From Candidatus Binataceae bacterium (GTDB lineage Bacteria; Desulfobacterota; Binatia; Binatales; Binataceae), in NCBI GenBank assembly GCA_035524375.1, contig DATKOZ010000033.1:26842-90841 (forward strand): a stretch of 64,000 nt of DNA, read 5' to 3'. The notes beneath the pieces were generated by a model that made no database searches, was not told where the DNA came from, and saw only the letters and a list, made by a program, of their open reading frames with translations. The position numbers and the translations under genes were made by a program. Shown here one piece after another: positions 43,519-52,708 of the stretch (position 1 is its first letter; each line of letters starts with the position of its first letter).

Positions 43519-44439
43519 ATGCGCAATCGAATTGTAATCATCGCAGCGGCACTGGTGGCCATTTGGTTTGGAAGCGTCCTGGCACTCCATTTCGGCCAAA
43601 AGCATCACGACAATCTCGGCTACGATATCGACGAGCACTTTCCGCCCGGCAAACCGGTTGTGCCCGGTGAAATCTTCGCCTCCACACTGGCCGCAATCAT
43701 GGATCATGAGCTCCACACCGGTTTTGGATGGCGTCCGAATGATTTTTTCCTGTGGGGACCTGCGATTGGTCCGGACAATAATGCGAATCGGCAATTGGGA
43801 ATCATTATGGCGGTCCGCGAAACCACCCGCGTTTTCAAAGACGATCTCACGAAGGTGTCGTCGAATCAGTACGACAAAAATCTGGTAATCGCCGATACCG
43901 ATTTCCGCAACGACGCTGAGAAGTGGGTCCTGCCCGCACCGGAAGGCAAGTACGACGATGGCGTTCAGCATCTCCAACTGTATGCTCAAGGCCTTCATAC
44001 CAGCCCGGAATCATCCCGCGAACTAAATGTGCGCGCAGTCGAACTGGTGCGGCTGTTTCAGGCGTGGACCGACCTTTTAGGGGACGCTCACGCCAACCTG
44101 TACCGAACTACAAAAGATGACGGTTCGCCGATTCGATGGTGGAGCAGCGCGCGTGACTTTTATCACGCGCAGGGCTACGCGCACGTGATGTATCACATGA
44201 TGATCGCGCTAAAGCGGGAATATGCCGAAGTGATCAAAAGCGATCCGACGCTGGCGACCTTGTTCGACGACACTATCGACGCGCTCGGCAAGGCCGCAGT
44301 CCTCAAGCCGCTGGTGATTATGAATGGCTCTCCGGACGGCTTGTTCGCAAACCATCGCCGCAACTTGGACGGCTACATCACCGAAGCCCGCCAGAAAATG
44401 TATTCGATTCGCGAAGAATTGCAGCGATCGCCACTCTAA
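43519..44439 (+). CDS. Membrane-anchored hypothetical protein (single N-terminal TM; possibly DUF2333-like)
   Basis: MRNRIVIIAAALVAIWFGSVLALHF then a ~280-aa soluble domain. Fourth gene of the tightly spaced gshA run (3-nt gaps). Confidence 0.5.
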   Translation: MRNRIVIIAAALVAIWFGSVLALHFGQKHHDNLGYDIDEHFPPGKPVVPGEIFASTLAAIMDHELHTGFGWRPNDFFLWGPAIGPDNNANRQLGIIMAVRETTRVFKDDLTKVSSNQYDKNLVIADTDFRNDAEKWVLPAPEGKYDDGVQHLQLYAQGLHTSPESSRELNVRAVELVRLFQAWTDLLGDAHANLYRTTKDDGSPIRWWSSARDFYHAQGYAHVMYHMMIALKREYAEVIKSDPTLATLFDDTIDALGKAAVLKPLVIMNGSPDGLFANHRRNLDGYITEARQKMYSIREELQRSPL

Positions 44440-44445
44440 CCGGGG

Positions 44446-46296
44446 CTACAGATCGAACCAGGGGCAAAGGAGCATGATCCCTCCCCGCACGGCTAACTCA
44501 GCCATCGCTGGAGCCCATCGTGCTGGAATCCCCAGCAATTCAGCAAGTGTACGCATCGGCCACGTCGGCCCGGCGGGCATGATGCCCAAGGGCAGTCCCA
44601 ACAACCGCCGTTCATGATGGTAGGTCACCAACTCGTGCCGCCGATCATCGGGAATATTTGCCCGCCGGCGTGCAAGCCGGATTGCCGCATCCATGCCACC
44701 GATTTCGTCGACCAAGCCGTTCTCACGCGCCGCTATTCCGCTCCAGATTCGCCCTCGCGCAAGCTCCTCGGTTCGTTCGGGCAAGAGATGCCGCCCTTGG
44801 GCTACCTTTGCCGTGAAATTGCCGTAGAGGTGCCCCAGCGTGTCATTCACCTGCGTCAGCTCGGCCTCGGTCAACGGACGCGTAATCGACATCGAGTCGC
44901 TGTTCTCGGCCGTCTTTACGTACTCGATGCGAACGCCGAGTTCGTCGAGAACCCGGGCAAAATTGAATTTCGCGTAAACGACTCCGATTGAACCCGTAAC
45001 CGTAGCAGCCTCGGCGACGATCGCATCCGCCCCGGCTGCGACGTAATAGCCCCCCGACCCCGCAACGTCACCCATTGAAACCACCACTGGCTTGCCGCGA
45101 TGCTGAGCTTCACGCACAGCGCGCCACACGAGATCGGAGCCGACCGCCGAACCTCCTGGCGAATTGACGCGAAATACGATTGCCTTTATCCGCTCATCGC
45201 GGGAGGCGCGCTCGAATTGCAAAGCGGTTGCCGGTCCGCTGACGAACTCGCCGGCGGCAGGGGCGTTTCCTCCAATAATTGGGCCGCACGCGTGAATCAA
45301 AGCAATCTTTGCCGGTCGTCCAGGCGCCCGAGGAAGGGCCGCGTGACGGCAATAGCGGCCTATGCTGACAAATGGATGGCCCTTGCCTTCCGAATCCAGG
45401 TCCGCGTGGATATCTTCGATATAGCCTTCGCGATCTACCAGTCCATGGTCCACACCGAACTTGGCGGTAACAAATCCCGATGCCAGTAGCTCGCGAATCC
45501 GCGCTGGATCGATCTTGCGGGCCGAGGAAATCGCTTCGATAATGATTTTTTCCCAGTCGCCAACCACCGCCGCGATACTTTCGCGCAGCACCGGTGACAT
45601 CGTATCCCGGCTAAGCGTTTCCCCCGCACCCTTGTATTCCTTCCACTGCAGGGTTTGAGCCTGCACTTTCAGTTTGTCCAGCACGGACTTGAGAAAAACG
45701 CCCCGAGTGGCAATGCCGTGCAATGCGAGCGTCGTATCCGGGTTGATTACAATCTCACCCGCACCCGCCGCAGCCAGATACTCTCCTAATGCGGCTGTGT
45801 CGCCGCGTAGGAGCGCAATCACTCGCTTGCCGGCCGTCTGCACCGCGCGCAGGCCGCGGTAAATCTCATGCGCAGTCGCAATTCCAGTCTCGAGCCCCGC
45901 AATCTGAACGACGACCGCCCGTATCTGTGGGTCGGTGGCGGCCGCGTCAAGCGCATAGCGGACTTGATCGAGGCTGAGCGGGCCTCGGCGCAGGAGCTGC
46001 TCCAGCGGCGAGCGCCGGGGTGCTTCCTGGATCGGCCCGGTCAATTTGAATGCCAGTACGGCGTCGTGCGGGATGTGCGCCGGCCGCAATACGAAGAACC
46101 AGAACGCCGCCGAAAGCGCCCCAGCAATCCCAATCAGTTCGATTCCGGTCGACCAGTTCTCGCTGGCGCATTCTACGGCGCCGGCGGCGCACAAGAGTGC
46201 GACCACGATGGCCAAGCGTGCTTCCCGGCTTATCCACAAGCGATCCGGAACAGTTATCTTCATCGATTCGGCAGTCGCCTTTTTCGTCGGCTCCAT
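44446..46296 (-). CDS. sppA: Signal peptide peptidase SppA (protease IV, 67K type, tandem ClpP/crotonase-like domains)
   Basis: 616 aa. N-terminal TM, two S49 domains (AVVVQIAGLETG...; GKPVVVSMGDVAGSGGYYVAAGAD with catalytic Ser), and the Lys dyad region. Confidence 0.85.
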   Translation of the reverse strand: MEPTKKATAESMKITVPDRLWISREARLAIVVALLCAAGAVECASENWSTGIELIGIAGALSAAFWFFVLRPAHIPHDAVLAFKLTGPIQEAPRRSPLEQLLRRGPLSLDQVRYALDAAATDPQIRAVVVQIAGLETGIATAHEIYRGLRAVQTAGKRVIALLRGDTAALGEYLAAAGAGEIVINPDTTLALHGIATRGVFLKSVLDKLKVQAQTLQWKEYKGAGETLSRDTMSPVLRESIAAVVGDWEKIIIEAISSARKIDPARIRELLASGFVTAKFGVDHGLVDREGYIEDIHADLDSEGKGHPFVSIGRYCRHAALPRAPGRPAKIALIHACGPIIGGNAPAAGEFVSGPATALQFERASRDERIKAIVFRVNSPGGSAVGSDLVWRAVREAQHRGKPVVVSMGDVAGSGGYYVAAGADAIVAEAATVTGSIGVVYAKFNFARVLDELGVRIEYVKTAENSDSMSITRPLTEAELTQVNDTLGHLYGNFTAKVAQGRHLLPERTEELARGRIWSGIAARENGLVDEIGGMDAAIRLARRRANIPDDRRHELVTYHHERRLLGLPLGIMPAGPTWPMRTLAELLGIPARWAPAMAELAVRGGIMLLCPWFDL

Positions 46297-46314
46297 CTAC
46301 ACTATCGAATTTCG

Positions 46315-47652
46315 ATGGCAAAGTCTGCCTTAAATTTCGCGCTGGGATTGGCGCTCTTAGGCGCCGCAGCGTGTTCCACCGGGAAGCCCACGGCAACCCC
46401 CCTCCGGCCCTATATGGGTCGCGCAGCGACGCTCGATTTTGCCAGCAATATGAACGTGATTTCCGTGATGTCGCTGCCAAAGGGATTTGCTCCGATTGCG
46501 GACCGGCCGCCAATGTGGGTTCAGAACGGCGAAGAAATTGCCGTCGCTGGCATTCAAGATGGCCACTCAGTGGTCTATGGCTTGAGTGGCGCCGGATGGA
46601 AAACCGGGCGAGTATTGGCCGCGGAGAGCGGCCCGGCTGCTGCTGTTCCCGGTTCGCTGGTCGACGCCGCCTCCAGCCCGGACGGGTTCGCTCTTGCGAC
46701 CGCCGTGGTATCGCCCGACGGCAATCAACTGGATATCGTCGTCCGTGACTTGATAGCCAACGGAGCCGGCCATTCGGTCGCCGTATTTGACGGCAGCTTC
46801 GATTCGATTTCAATCGCTTGGCTGAACTCAGCAACTATCGCCGTGGCGCTACGCCGCCATCCTGATTCCACCCCTAACGCGAATGGCGCCGGTCCGGACG
46901 GCCTTCAGCTGGTGGTCCTTTCCGGAGCCGGCTCGGCGGCGCCTATCACGCTCACTTGCCCAATGTCGCGGCTGTCGTGGAGCCCGCATGGAATTTATGC
47001 CGTTGGCGAGGGAGATGCGGGAGCCCCGCCGATTCTGATCGACCGGCGAACCTCAGCCTGCAAGCCATTTCATACGAACCGGCCGATTCGCGTGCTTGAT
47101 TGGGATTTGGCCGATGAAGGAACTTTTCTCTACGCCGGAACCGATGTCGCCAATCGTGTAGTCAGCGTCTACAAATACAACATCGCCACCGGCACTGAAA
47201 ATCTGATGGGCCTGTCATCGGCCGCCGCGGCCTTCACCAGCGGAGGCCAGGTCTTAATCTTGGGCAACCAAAAGCTAAATTTTCGCGTAGCCACCGAGCG
47301 CCCTACACAACCGCTAACCGCACAAATCGCGCTGGCCCGCTCCGATCAAAGCGAAATCGACATAAAATCGCTTGCTTTTCAAACCACGCCCGCGATGCTG
47401 GATCAGAGCTCGATTGCATATTCCAAGCAGGCGGATGAGGCCGCAATCCAAACCTTCTCGCCAAGCGTGCCGATCCCATGGCGTAAAATAATCAACTATT
47501 CGATGACCAGCGGCACCGCCTACATGGTCGGAACCGGCCCCGCGAGCGGAACCGTCACGATGGCATGGTCGCCAAAGGGACGCTGGCTGGCGGTTCTGGA
47601 TGGTGACGCTGCGTCAGGCACCGCAATGGCGATTCTCGCGCCGCCTCGATAA
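46315..47652 (+). CDS. Secreted/lipoprotein with PD40 (TolB-like) beta-propeller repeats
   Basis: Start MAKSALNFALGLALLGAAACSTG. Repeated SPDG/SPHG/SPKG motifs (SPDGFALA, SPDGNQLDI, SPHGIYAV, SPKGRWLAV). The track ORF start (45868) overlaps sppA in antisense, so it is trimmed to the first ATG after sppA. Confidence 0.55.
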   Translation: MAKSALNFALGLALLGAAACSTGKPTATPLRPYMGRAATLDFASNMNVISVMSLPKGFAPIADRPPMWVQNGEEIAVAGIQDGHSVVYGLSGAGWKTGRVLAAESGPAAAVPGSLVDAASSPDGFALATAVVSPDGNQLDIVVRDLIANGAGHSVAVFDGSFDSISIAWLNSATIAVALRRHPDSTPNANGAGPDGLQLVVLSGAGSAAPITLTCPMSRLSWSPHGIYAVGEGDAGAPPILIDRRTSACKPFHTNRPIRVLDWDLADEGTFLYAGTDVANRVVSVYKYNIATGTENLMGLSSAAAAFTSGGQVLILGNQKLNFRVATERPTQPLTAQIALARSDQSEIDIKSLAFQTTPAMLDQSSIAYSKQADEAAIQTFSPSVPIPWRKIINYSMTSGTAYMVGTGPASGTVTMAWSPKGRWLAVLDGDAASGTAMAILAPPR

Positions 47653-47698
47653 CAGGTCCCCGTTGTAATCCCGTGGCATTCGCGCGAGCTTGGATGGC

Positions 47699-49972
47699 TC
47701 AACGCGCGCGATGCTCCCAGTATTCCGCCGCAACTTTGAAAGCCCGCCCTGCGCGTTCGAAGCTCTCAAACACGACCAATCCTCGCGCGCGAGCCTGTTC
47801 CCTAGCCCGCGCCACAACGGCTTCAAGGTGCGCTGGCTGAATCACTGTCGCGAAGGGCTTCTGCGAGCGGCTATTGAATGCCGCCAATTGATCCAGAAGC
47901 CCGCTTAACGCGGCTTCTTGCGCCGCCCACAGACCCGCGCGCAGACCGCTTCCCAGCTCGACGATCATCCCGTCGATAACCGGATCGCGTTCGAGGATGC
48001 CGAGTATACGGTCGAGATTCCCGCCATCGGAGACAAAGCCAATCGTTCCGCCCGCATCCAGGGGATTTCGGCAACTGCCGCCGATGATGTTGAAGAATTG
48101 TTTCAGTTCCTCATACGAGCGCGGCGACAGGGCGGGAACTTCCAATCCGGCTGTGGAAAATGCGTCGGTTATTGCCACCGATTGCCCACCGGTCATCGCC
48201 ACCAGCCCCATTTTTCGGCCGGAATGACGTCTCCCGCGCGAGAATAGCTCCATCGCGTCGAGCATCGCGTCGAAGCCGTCGACCTCCACTGCACCGGCCT
48301 GCCGAACCATCGCTTGCCAAACCGCCGCCCGCGAGGTCATTGCCCCGGTGTGCGACAATGCCGCGCGCGCTCCCGCCTCCGTAGCCCCGCCCTTCCATAT
48401 CACGACCGGATGGCGTCCCGCGGCCCGCTGTACGCTCTCAAAGAAATGACGGCCGTGACGCACGCCCTCGATATACATGCCAATGGCGGCAGTTGCGGGA
48501 TCGTCCGCCATTAGATCGATGTAGTCCGCCGCTTCCACTACGGTCGCATTTCCGATCGAGGCCGCCTTATTGACCTTGATGCCGCGCACGGGAGCCTGCA
48601 GGCAAAAATTGACCGTGTGGGTGCCGCTCTGCGAGATGAAACATACGTTTCCCGCTTCGCCGGTCGCCTCGCCGGGATAATTGCAAAGTCCGGCGGCGGG
48701 GTTGTACAGTCCCATACAATTGGGTCCGACCAATGCGATCTCGGAATCAAGCGCGACTTGCCGGAGCGCCTCCTCCAGGCGTATTCCTTCTTCTTCCGCA
48801 GTCTCGGAAAAGCCCGAAGTAAAGAAAGAAATCGCTCCAACCCGGTTTGCGGTGCAATCTTTCAGGATGCGCGGTGCAACGTTGCGCGGCACCGCGCTAA
48901 CCGCGTAATCGATCGGTCCGTCGATTTCCGCAAGGCTTTTCCGGTTCTCCACGCCCATCGCCTCGATGCCCGGAATTTCGTTCGGGTCGATTTGAATGGA
49001 GTAAACCTTCACCTTAAGCTCCCGCATCGCACGCAGCCATAGATATCCACCGGCACGCTTGTCGCCGATTACAGCCACGGCGCGTGGATCAAAGGCACGC
49101 CTCAGGTTTGCCAAACGCATCGCGCGATGCGGGTCGGAATCATCTCCAGCTGAAGGCGTCCGGACCACGATTCGGGCGTCAAGAATCGCCACTTTATCCG
49201 GGTAGGCAATTATCGGGTTCAAGTCCATTTCGGCAATTTCCGGATGCGCCGACGCCAGCTCGGATACCTCCGCCAGAACCGAGGCAACCATCTCCTTATT
49301 AATGCCTGGCTGGCCTCGCGTTCCGCGCAGCACCGCTTCGCCGCGCAATTCCGCGATCATTTCGGCCGCCTCGGCCCGGCCGATCGGCGCAAGGCGAATC
49401 GCAGTATCTCGGATGACTTCGGTAAAAATGCCGCCCAGGCCAATGAGTACGGCCGGACCGAAGCTTTCATCGCGCATCACTCCCGCTATCAGCTCGACAC
49501 CCGGACGAGCCATTGCATCGATCGTTACACCTTCAAACTGCGCCGCCGGCGCGCACTTCAGCAGCGAAAGGCGGATACGTTCAAGGGCTGCTCGCACCGC
49601 ATCGTCGTCGGCAAGGTTGAGCTCAACACCGCCAATTTCGCTCTTATGGCTAATCTGTGGGGAGATTACCTTCAGTACAACAGGATAGCCGATTCCATTC
49701 GCTACCCGCACTGCAGAAGCCGCGTCAATTGCGGTCTCGGGGACCGAGGCCGGCAGCCCTGCAGCGGCCAGCAGCCGTTTGCTTTCGATCTCAGTTAAAG
49801 CGGTGCGTCCAGAAGCCTGAACGGACGCGATGAGCGCGGAAATATCGGAGGCATTCACAGCAAACGCATATAGCAGAGGCGACCGCCGATTAGAATCAAC
49901 CGGCCACTCCGCCCGCGGTTCAGACTTGGTTTTTCCGCAAATCGGATGGAATTTCGGGTGCGGACGCCGCAC
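47699..49972 (-). CDS. Acetyl-CoA synthetase (ADP-forming) / NDP-forming acyl-CoA synthetase, fused; ATP-grasp part N-terminal, CoA-binding/ligase part C-terminal
   Basis: ATP-grasp: GYPVVLKVISPQISHKSEIGGVELNL. CoA-binding: RAVAVIGDKRAGGYLW. Phospho-His loop: ALSHTGAMTS. The N-terminal boundary is uncertain. Confidence 0.75.
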   Translation of the reverse strand: MRRPHPKFHPICGKTKSEPRAEWPVDSNRRSPLLYAFAVNASDISALIASVQASGRTALTEIESKRLLAAAGLPASVPETAIDAASAVRVANGIGYPVVLKVISPQISHKSEIGGVELNLADDDAVRAALERIRLSLLKCAPAAQFEGVTIDAMARPGVELIAGVMRDESFGPAVLIGLGGIFTEVIRDTAIRLAPIGRAEAAEMIAELRGEAVLRGTRGQPGINKEMVASVLAEVSELASAHPEIAEMDLNPIIAYPDKVAILDARIVVRTPSAGDDSDPHRAMRLANLRRAFDPRAVAVIGDKRAGGYLWLRAMRELKVKVYSIQIDPNEIPGIEAMGVENRKSLAEIDGPIDYAVSAVPRNVAPRILKDCTANRVGAISFFTSGFSETAEEEGIRLEEALRQVALDSEIALVGPNCMGLYNPAAGLCNYPGEATGEAGNVCFISQSGTHTVNFCLQAPVRGIKVNKAASIGNATVVEAADYIDLMADDPATAAIGMYIEGVRHGRHFFESVQRAAGRHPVVIWKGGATEAGARAALSHTGAMTSRAAVWQAMVRQAGAVEVDGFDAMLDAMELFSRGRRHSGRKMGLVAMTGGQSVAITDAFSTAGLEVPALSPRSYEELKQFFNIIGGSCRNPLDAGGTIGFVSDGGNLDRILGILERDPVIDGMIVELGSGLRAGLWAAQEAALSGLLDQLAAFNSRSQKPFATVIQPAHLEAVVARAREQARARGLVVFESFERAGRAFKVAAEYWEHRAR

Positions 49973-49995
49973 AGCGCCCGCACCCGCTCGGCGTC

Positions 49996-51285
49996 TTAAT
50001 GCGTCAAGCGCAGCAGAATCTTGGAGGCGATTAACAAAAATGCGTTGTTAAGATCCGCTGAGGTTTGCGCCAAGATTGCCGCCCCTTGGGGTAGATTCGG
50101 GTTGTAGCTGGGGCTGGCAGGATCGTTGGCAATTTCTTGCAGGTAGGTCATATCCACCTTATCGCCCATGCCTAGAGCGTAAATCTCGACTCCAGGATTC
50201 TCCTCCTGCATCGACAGCGCCACTTGCTCAGCACGATATTTTGCTTCATTAGACACGTTGGTATTATTCTGAGTCATCGTCGGCGGTGACAATTGCGAAG
50301 GGAAGGTGGTCGGTGGGCAACTGCTGCATGCATTGCTGCTGCAGGTGCTGTCCGAGCTCCCCGGCATTGCACAGAAGCTATTAGCCCCGTGACACCAGCC
50401 GACAGCCGCTTCCGGAGGTGCGCAGCCGCCGTAAATTGTGAGGTGACTGCCGGAACTACCACTGCAGCCACCTCCCGACTTACAGGTCAAGGTGTCCTCG
50501 ATCATGTTGGCCCAGCCGTCGGTGAAAAAAACCGCAACCCGCACTGTGTTCTGTCCAGCTGGAATCGCAATAGTATTAATTTGAGTTTGCCCAGCCGCCA
50601 GTGCAGCTTCCGCGAACGTTCCACCCTGGAATGATATCGAGCCAACGTTTGAGATGATGGCTGATTTGAAGGGCTGGGTCATGGCCACGCCGGTGGTTGC
50701 GACCGTCCCAAAATGAATTTCGGCCACGTGATCCTGCGTATCGTCGAAATAGTTGATGAAACTATCAACTGCGGGAGGAAGCGCCGTGGAGCCTCCGTTC
50801 CTTGTCATCGATGCCGAATTATCCAGGACCAGCGACATGACCAGCTTGGCGCGGGTGGCTTGGGCGCTCCCGCTGACCGATACCTGATTAAATTGGTTAA
50901 AAATTGCAAGAAAGAACGGGTTGACGGTAACTGTGCCGCTGACATTGACCAGTTTGTTGCCGTTGGAATCTGTTCCAACCGAGAATGAAAAAGTCGGGGT
51001 AATGCTGTTATTAGTAAATTGCGAGGTCGAGCTCATGTTCAAGGTGTAGGCCGTCTGAGCAAGACTTTGCGCGGTGGAATTGCCCTGATAAAGATTGCGC
51101 ATCCCTTCCAGCGCCGCGGCATCTAGCGCCCGGGATAACGCCGACTGCTCGACATAGATCATGCCAAAGTCGATCGCCATGCCGGCAAAAACGATAAGGA
51201 CCGGAATCATGAGCGCCAGCATCACTAGGATCTGGCCGGGTTTGCTCTCTTTAATCTTTTGCTTCCAGCGAGCCGACATAATCAT
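49996..51285 (-). CDS. TadG-like pseudopilin with C-terminal von Willebrand factor A domain
   Basis: Tad N-terminus: GQILVMLALMIPVLIVFAGMAIDFG. vWA MIDAS-like: VMSLVLDNSASM ... VFFTDGWAN. Confidence 0.7.
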   Translation of the reverse strand: MIMSARWKQKIKESKPGQILVMLALMIPVLIVFAGMAIDFGMIYVEQSALSRALDAAALEGMRNLYQGNSTAQSLAQTAYTLNMSSTSQFTNNSITPTFSFSVGTDSNGNKLVNVSGTVTVNPFFLAIFNQFNQVSVSGSAQATRAKLVMSLVLDNSASMTRNGGSTALPPAVDSFINYFDDTQDHVAEIHFGTVATTGVAMTQPFKSAIISNVGSISFQGGTFAEAALAAGQTQINTIAIPAGQNTVRVAVFFTDGWANMIEDTLTCKSGGGCSGSSGSHLTIYGGCAPPEAAVGWCHGANSFCAMPGSSDSTCSSNACSSCPPTTFPSQLSPPTMTQNNTNVSNEAKYRAEQVALSMQEENPGVEIYALGMGDKVDMTYLQEIANDPASPSYNPNLPQGAAILAQTSADLNNAFLLIASKILLRLTH

Positions 51286-51292
51286 ACCCCTC

Positions 51293-51838
51293 CTAGAAAT
51301 ACGCCGCCTGATACATCTGCGTTGGCATCACAATATTTAGCATGGTGCCGATTGGCGTGATTGGCGTGAACTGGTAGCACACTTCGGTAATGTAAACCGT
51401 CATTCCCGAATTGAGTAGAGTAGCCGCGTTGGTTGGAACTGTCGCACTGGACCCGACGCCAGTGCCGACATGGCTCGTGCAATGATAGCCGCCGCCAGAG
51501 GCTTGGGCGGTGATCTTGTTCGAGTTCGAAATCTGCTGCACCGTCGTTAAAATAACGCCGCCATAGTGGGCCATATCCAACGGCGCACCACCGGAAACCA
51601 AAGCGGTGGCCGCAGTTGCAACGTCCGTCCCGCGGCACGTGATGCTGGAGCCCTCGCGGCTCAAACCAACCATCTCCTGTTCGTAATTCAGCGCCCGGCC
51701 GAACTCAATCAATCCGCACATCAGGCTCAGAAGAATCATCACGACCATCGCGAATTCAACCGCAGCTTGGCCGGATGACTGCGTCCGCGTTCTAATCCTA
51801 ACTCCATCTCGACGTTTTGAAGCCATAGTACTCTCCAA
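51293..51838 (-). CDS. TadE-like pseudopilin
   Basis: QAAVEFAMVVMILLSLMCGLIEFGRAL, the TadE N-terminal helix. Confidence 0.65.
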   Translation of the reverse strand: MESTMASKRRDGVRIRTRTQSSGQAAVEFAMVVMILLSLMCGLIEFGRALNYEQEMVGLSREGSSITCRGTDVATAATALVSGGAPLDMAHYGGVILTTVQQISNSNKITAQASGGGYHCTSHVGTGVGSSATVPTNAATLLNSGMTVYITEVCYQFTPITPIGTMLNIVMPTQMYQAAYF

Positions 51839-51852
51839 GCTTGGCCGCCCCG

Positions 51853-52398
51853 TTAGGGATTCTGACCCGGCGGGAACGGCTCGTTCTTGATGGTGGTACT
51901 CGCGACGATTGTATATTGGCCGCCGGGAAATATATTCGCCACAAACGGAGTGATGAACGGCACCGTGGTGGTCAGCGTTATTGTTACGACATCCAGCGGC
52001 CCTCCGCCGTTGTTATTGCTGGTCTGGCCCGCCGAGTTCACGCTGTTTACCGTAATGTTGGCAACCGAGGCACCCATCGAAGTTGCGCCGAACGCGGCAG
52101 TTGTGGCGTACGAGATAATCGAATTGATCCGGCTCAGATTCCCTCCTGAACCATTGGGCAGCTTATTGCCTGTCGAAGCAAACCTGCCGGCCTCTTGCAC
52201 TGCCTGCTGGAGGTTCAGCTGAATAAAAAACATCCGCCCATAATCGACAATTGCAAAGGTTAGGAAAAAGAATAGCGGTGCGACCAACGCAAATTCGACT
52301 ACATCCTGCCCGCTCATTGATCCCAAGCGCCGGTTTCTCAACCGGCGTGGCAGAATACTGCAGGCAGCCTCCGCTCTGCGCTTGGCTACAGTTGTCAT
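51853..52398 (-). CDS. TadE-like pseudopilin
   Basis: Start MTTVAKRR... then GQDVVEFALVAPLFFFLTFAIVDYGRMFF. Trimmed from the track start at 52473. Confidence 0.65.
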   Translation of the reverse strand: MTTVAKRRAEAACSILPRRLRNRRLGSMSGQDVVEFALVAPLFFFLTFAIVDYGRMFFIQLNLQQAVQEAGRFASTGNKLPNGSGGNLSRINSIISYATTAAFGATSMGASVANITVNSVNSAGQTSNNNGGGPLDVVTITLTTTVPFITPFVANIFPGGQYTIVASTTIKNEPFPPGQNP

Positions 52399-52708
52399 GA
52401 ATGACACCCTCCTAGGTCTGTCACATCGCGCGTGTCGAATTTTGGCGATGGCCCCTTCATGGCTGAGGAACACCCTCCCAAAATTTCCCGCGATCTTCCT
52501 CCCTCGCTATGCATCCGACCTACGATTTGCCGAGCCAAGGACCCGTAATATGGTCACTGGCGCCACAAATCTTATCCTCCGATTCGGATTTACGCATACA
52601 ATATGCCACAAAATTAAACCCGTCAAGGCTCATATTTCTCTGGCGGGAAATCCGACCCGTTGCTCGGGTGCCACAATTAGTGGCAGCCACGCATATCGCC
52701 GACAACTA

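Noticed and set aside
45868-46314. N-terminal 149 codons of the 594-aa track ORF 45868..47652
   Set aside because: It overlaps sppA in antisense and translates to Arg/Pro-rich junk. A credible lipoprotein-type start (MAKSALNFALGLALLGAAAC) occurs at 46315, immediately after sppA.
52474-52708. 235-bp gap between the second TadE-like gene and hisA examined for a tRNA or ncRNA
   Set aside because: No T-arm (GGTTCGAATCC-like) or anticodon-stem pattern was found on either strand. There is no strong secondary-structure signature by eye, so it is left unannotated.
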